Part shown: positions 61,068-64,000 of the stretch, one piece after another
Position numbering within the stretch: the stretch's first letter is position 1
How the letters are laid out: every line of letters starts with the position of its first letter
Assembly: GCA_000002435.2 (NCBI GenBank)
Contig: CM018793.1
Source: Giardia intestinalis
Lineage: Eukaryota
Direction: 5' to 3' (one strand)
DNA: 64,000 nt
The notes under the pieces: generated by a model
Told to the model about the DNA's origin: nothing
Database searches by the model: none
The model's input: the letters and a program-made list of their open reading frames with translations, nothing else
Translations under genes and position numbers: made by a program

Positions 61068-64000
61068 CATGGGCATAGATTGGAGCCCCAACTCACAGAA
61101 ATTGGGGGTGCTGACGGCTGATCATTCGCTTTACCTGTTCAACGATCAGGGTGAGCGCCAGGATAAGATCGGACTCAGAAGCACAGAAGTAAAGTCCAGC
61201 AACAAAGACTTCATTCCTCTGTGTGGGACCTTTTCTCCTTGTTCTACGCTGTTCGTCGTTGGCCAGTCAGATAAAGTAGCCTATATCTTCCGATTAGGTC
61301 AGCTCTGGACAGACAAAAAGTCTATCGTAGCGCGCATACCTATGGACGATGCAGTCACAGCGGTTTCTTGGCCTCTTAGTGAAGCTACCTCAGAGTTATC
61401 TCCAATTATTTTCGGCACAGCATCTGGCAACTTATACCTTTATTCCTTTCAGTCCAAGTCAATTCAAGCATTTGTCTCATCTGCATGCTTCGCCTCGTTA
61501 GCGTCTTCCAAGACAACGACCGCTGACAACCAGGCTACACCTCTTTCGCCAATGTCCAGCCCCATCATCAAGATACTGCCCATTCCATCCATGCCTCAAT
61601 GCTTTGTGGCAGTTGCAGAATCAGGCCTAGCTGTCTATGTGGATATAAAGACCCAACAGCTCAGAGCTGCTGCACGACACTCGAAAGCCGTAACTACTGC
61701 CTGCATGATTGCCCAAAAGACGTCTCATGGGCGACACTACCTTGTACTAGCAGATGTAATGTGCAAGGTCACAGTCTATGCAGTGGAGACGTCTGCTGCG
61801 CTTTGTGTGTGTAATATCAAGACTCCACAGAACATTCCTTTCACTGCGTCAACAGCGAGCCCTTCGGGAGGAGGATGCATTGTTGCCAACGCTAGTGGAC
61901 TTCATTTTCTTACACTAGTCAACTCTCAGCCGGTCACGGTCTCGTATGAAGCTTCGTCTTCTGCAGTGACTGTCTACCAGGACTCCGGCAAAGGCTTCCT
62001 TCCTCAAATAACCAGTATTGCATGGCGCCCAGACGTCTCTGTTCTGACTGTGGGGACTTCTCTGGGTAGCGTGGACAACTTCACCCCAACTATTGGAAGC
62101 TACCGCTACTGTGGTGCAGAGGTTGTCAATAGTGCACCCAATCGTGCCACAATTAATATACCACGCTTTAATGGTTCAAAGCGCTTTGCTGCAGGATCCA
62201 TAGACCTTCATGCCTCTATGTCTTCTGAACTGAGGACAGTGAAAGCCTTCCCTAAGCACGACTTCACTTCTTTTGTTCAGAATCCATCCGGTTATAAGTC
62301 TACCAACATATATTTACTTGGCATTGGAGACTCTTCGATTGTTATTTATTCCTTAAACGACGACACTATTAACGAGTTTCGCTACAATGCCTCCCTCACA
62401 GACAAATTCTTCTTTGATGTAGGCGCTTGTAGAACAATGGTGATCTCCAATACATTAGGAGAATTTACAGTTTGCTACTTGACTACACAGTCCGATCCTG
62501 GGTGTACCTTTTATAAGGTGGATATCTATGCAACCATGCGGGGATGTGTGGCCCCGCATGCCTCTGTCATTAGCTGCTATCCTATTTATGAAGATGCAGC
62601 AGGAAGCTTGAACCGGATCAGTAAGATCCGCACTGTTTGTTTAGGTGAAGAGCGCACAGATGTATTAGTTACCGACCTAATGCCACCGGACATGTGCGAT
62701 GATTTTTCCGACCCAATTGTTGTCCTTTTCCGTACAAAGACCTCCAGAGCAGTGGATTGGCTATTCTTTGGTCCAAGTGGCAACGCAGTTCTGCTTCGAG
62801 ACATATCCGGAGGAGTCTCTATCCTTAATATCACAGATTATTCCATTACACAATTAAGCACAAGTGTTGGTAATGGGGTTGTTCAGTGGGCGGACCCCTT
62901 CGACGTTATCGTAGGCCAGGAGTCTCCAGACGCACCACTATATGTATGGTATAATCCCACAGATATAGAGGATGCGCCAGAGATTCTTCAACCCCCTGTT
63001 CCTGTGGACAATGAAAGCTGGTCTTTTAGTTACGTAAAGAGCAACCCTAACAACTTTAGCAAGATCACAGCCGGACATGTCAAGAATATCTCTGTGCAAG
63101 CTATCATGACAACTCCATCAGGTAGACAGACAAGTGTTTCTCTGGACACTAACCTTCTGCTGTTCAACCTACTCCTCGACAAGCATGATATTTTAGGGGC
63201 CTGCCAGCTCTTGTCTGCTTTGCAGGATAACAACGCACGCGTGACAAATCGTAATCTGTGGCAAAAGCTGTGCAGTGTGGCTCTAGATTCATTCAATTTT
63301 ATTGTCGCCAGTCGGTGCTATGCGGCACTGGGTGACCTGCCTCTCTCTATCACCGCAAGAGAAATTCATGAGCGAGTGCAGAACGCAAAGGACGGAGAGG
63401 CCGGAATGACGCACGATCGTATGAATCTCTATTGTCAGGCACAGATAGCACTGCTCAACTCCGACTTGGACAAGTATGATGGCTTGATGATGTCCTGTGG
63501 GCGGATTGATGAGGTCCTCACTCTTTATAAAGAGTTGAATCTATATAGTCGAGCAGAGAAAATATGTCCGGAATCTATGATAAACACCCTTAGGACTGAG
63601 GCAATTCAATGGCTCATCAACTCAGGCCAGATGACTACTGCAGGCATGCTGTTAGCCCAGCGTGGAGACGTGCGTGGGGCTCTAGATCTGTTGATTCAAG
63701 ATAGGTCCTATTTGAGTGCGTTTGAGCTTGCTAAGCGGGCGATGACATCATCTGCAGATCCATCTCTTGCTCCAATAATAGAACTTCTCATCGGCAAGCT
63801 AGAGGATTCACATCACTATAGTCAGGCAGCAGTCTTATGCACGCTTGGCTCCGGAAGGAATCACGAGCGTGCACTAGCTCTGTTTCGAAAGTCACATGCT
63901 TTTGATGAAGCACTCGAACTCGCACGCCAGCATTTGCCTCACGAATGTTTGCCAATAGAGAGAGAGTGGGCAGAGTGGCTCTTTCAAACGGGGCAATACG
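61068..64000 (+). CDS. IFT172: intraflagellar transport protein 172 (IFT172), 5' portion, continuing beyond the window
   Basis: Not in the ORF track because there is no stop before the window end. Manual translation from ATG 61068 is open to 64000 (~977 aa). The N-terminus (MGIDWSPNSQKLGVLTADHSLYLFNDQGERQDKI...FSPCSTLFVVGQSDKVAYIFRLGQLWTDKKSIVARIPMDDAVTAVSWP) aligns with the metazoan IFT172 WD40 N-terminus ([32 protein letters not shown]...[48 protein letters not shown]). A TPR region follows (CYAALGDLPLSITAREIHERV versus [22 protein letters not shown]). An in-frame stop lies 60 nt upstream of the ATG. Confidence 0.85.

Noticed and set aside
1-64000. CRISPR arrays, prokaryotic defence islands, operons
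   Set aside because: No direct-repeat or spacer arrays are visible. Gene content (IFT172, PP2A-A, RPL29, VSP, alpha-giardin) and eukaryotic tRNA genes lacking encoded CCA show this is eukaryotic nuclear DNA.

Overview
The window looks like gene-dense, essentially intron-less nuclear DNA from the diplomonad Giardia intestinalis (lamblia). This is an inference from the sequence, supported by several Giardia-specific features: a variant-specific surface protein (VSP) ending in the invariant ...CRGKA tail with GGCY and CXXC motifs; the Giardia polyadenylation signal AGTAAAT 13 nt after the VSP stop; an alpha-giardin (annexin-like) gene; a Protein-21.1-type ankyrin/coiled-coil protein; a 1677-aa high-cysteine membrane protein (HCMP); and very short AT-rich intergenic and promoter regions. 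It is not prokaryotic, so no CRISPR arrays, operons or defence islands are present or expected.

Recognisable genes include a partial IFT172 at the 3' end, the PP2A A/PR65 scaffold subunit, a low-molecular-weight protein tyrosine phosphatase, RPL29, MBF1, a Cdc6/Orc1-like AAA+ ATPase, an AAAP-type amino-acid transporter, two Ras-superfamily GTPases (one resembling SRP receptor beta, one Rab-like) and a 3191-aa IQ-motif giant with an ASH-like N-terminus (ASPM-like). There are several large proteins of unknown function, and two tRNA genes, tRNA-Val(GAC) and elongator tRNA-Met(CAU).

The most striking structure is a ~12.1-kb palindromic locus at 33438-45530. It consists of two apparently identical 5.25-kb inverted-repeat arms, each carrying a complete 769-aa VSP gene and 2.4 kb of GC-rich, ORF-poor upstream sequence. 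The two VSP copies are tail-to-tail (convergent) around a unique, strand-asymmetric (T-depleted) 1.6-kb spacer, with G-quadruplex-prone G-tracts at the inner arm ends. Read-through transcription across this arrangement would produce a VSP hairpin or antisense RNA. I flag it as a candidate natural hairpin-RNA locus relevant to VSP antigenic-variation control, with the caveat that collapsed or inverted assembly must be excluded. Coordinates come from the supplied ORF track and manual reading; some may be off by ±1.
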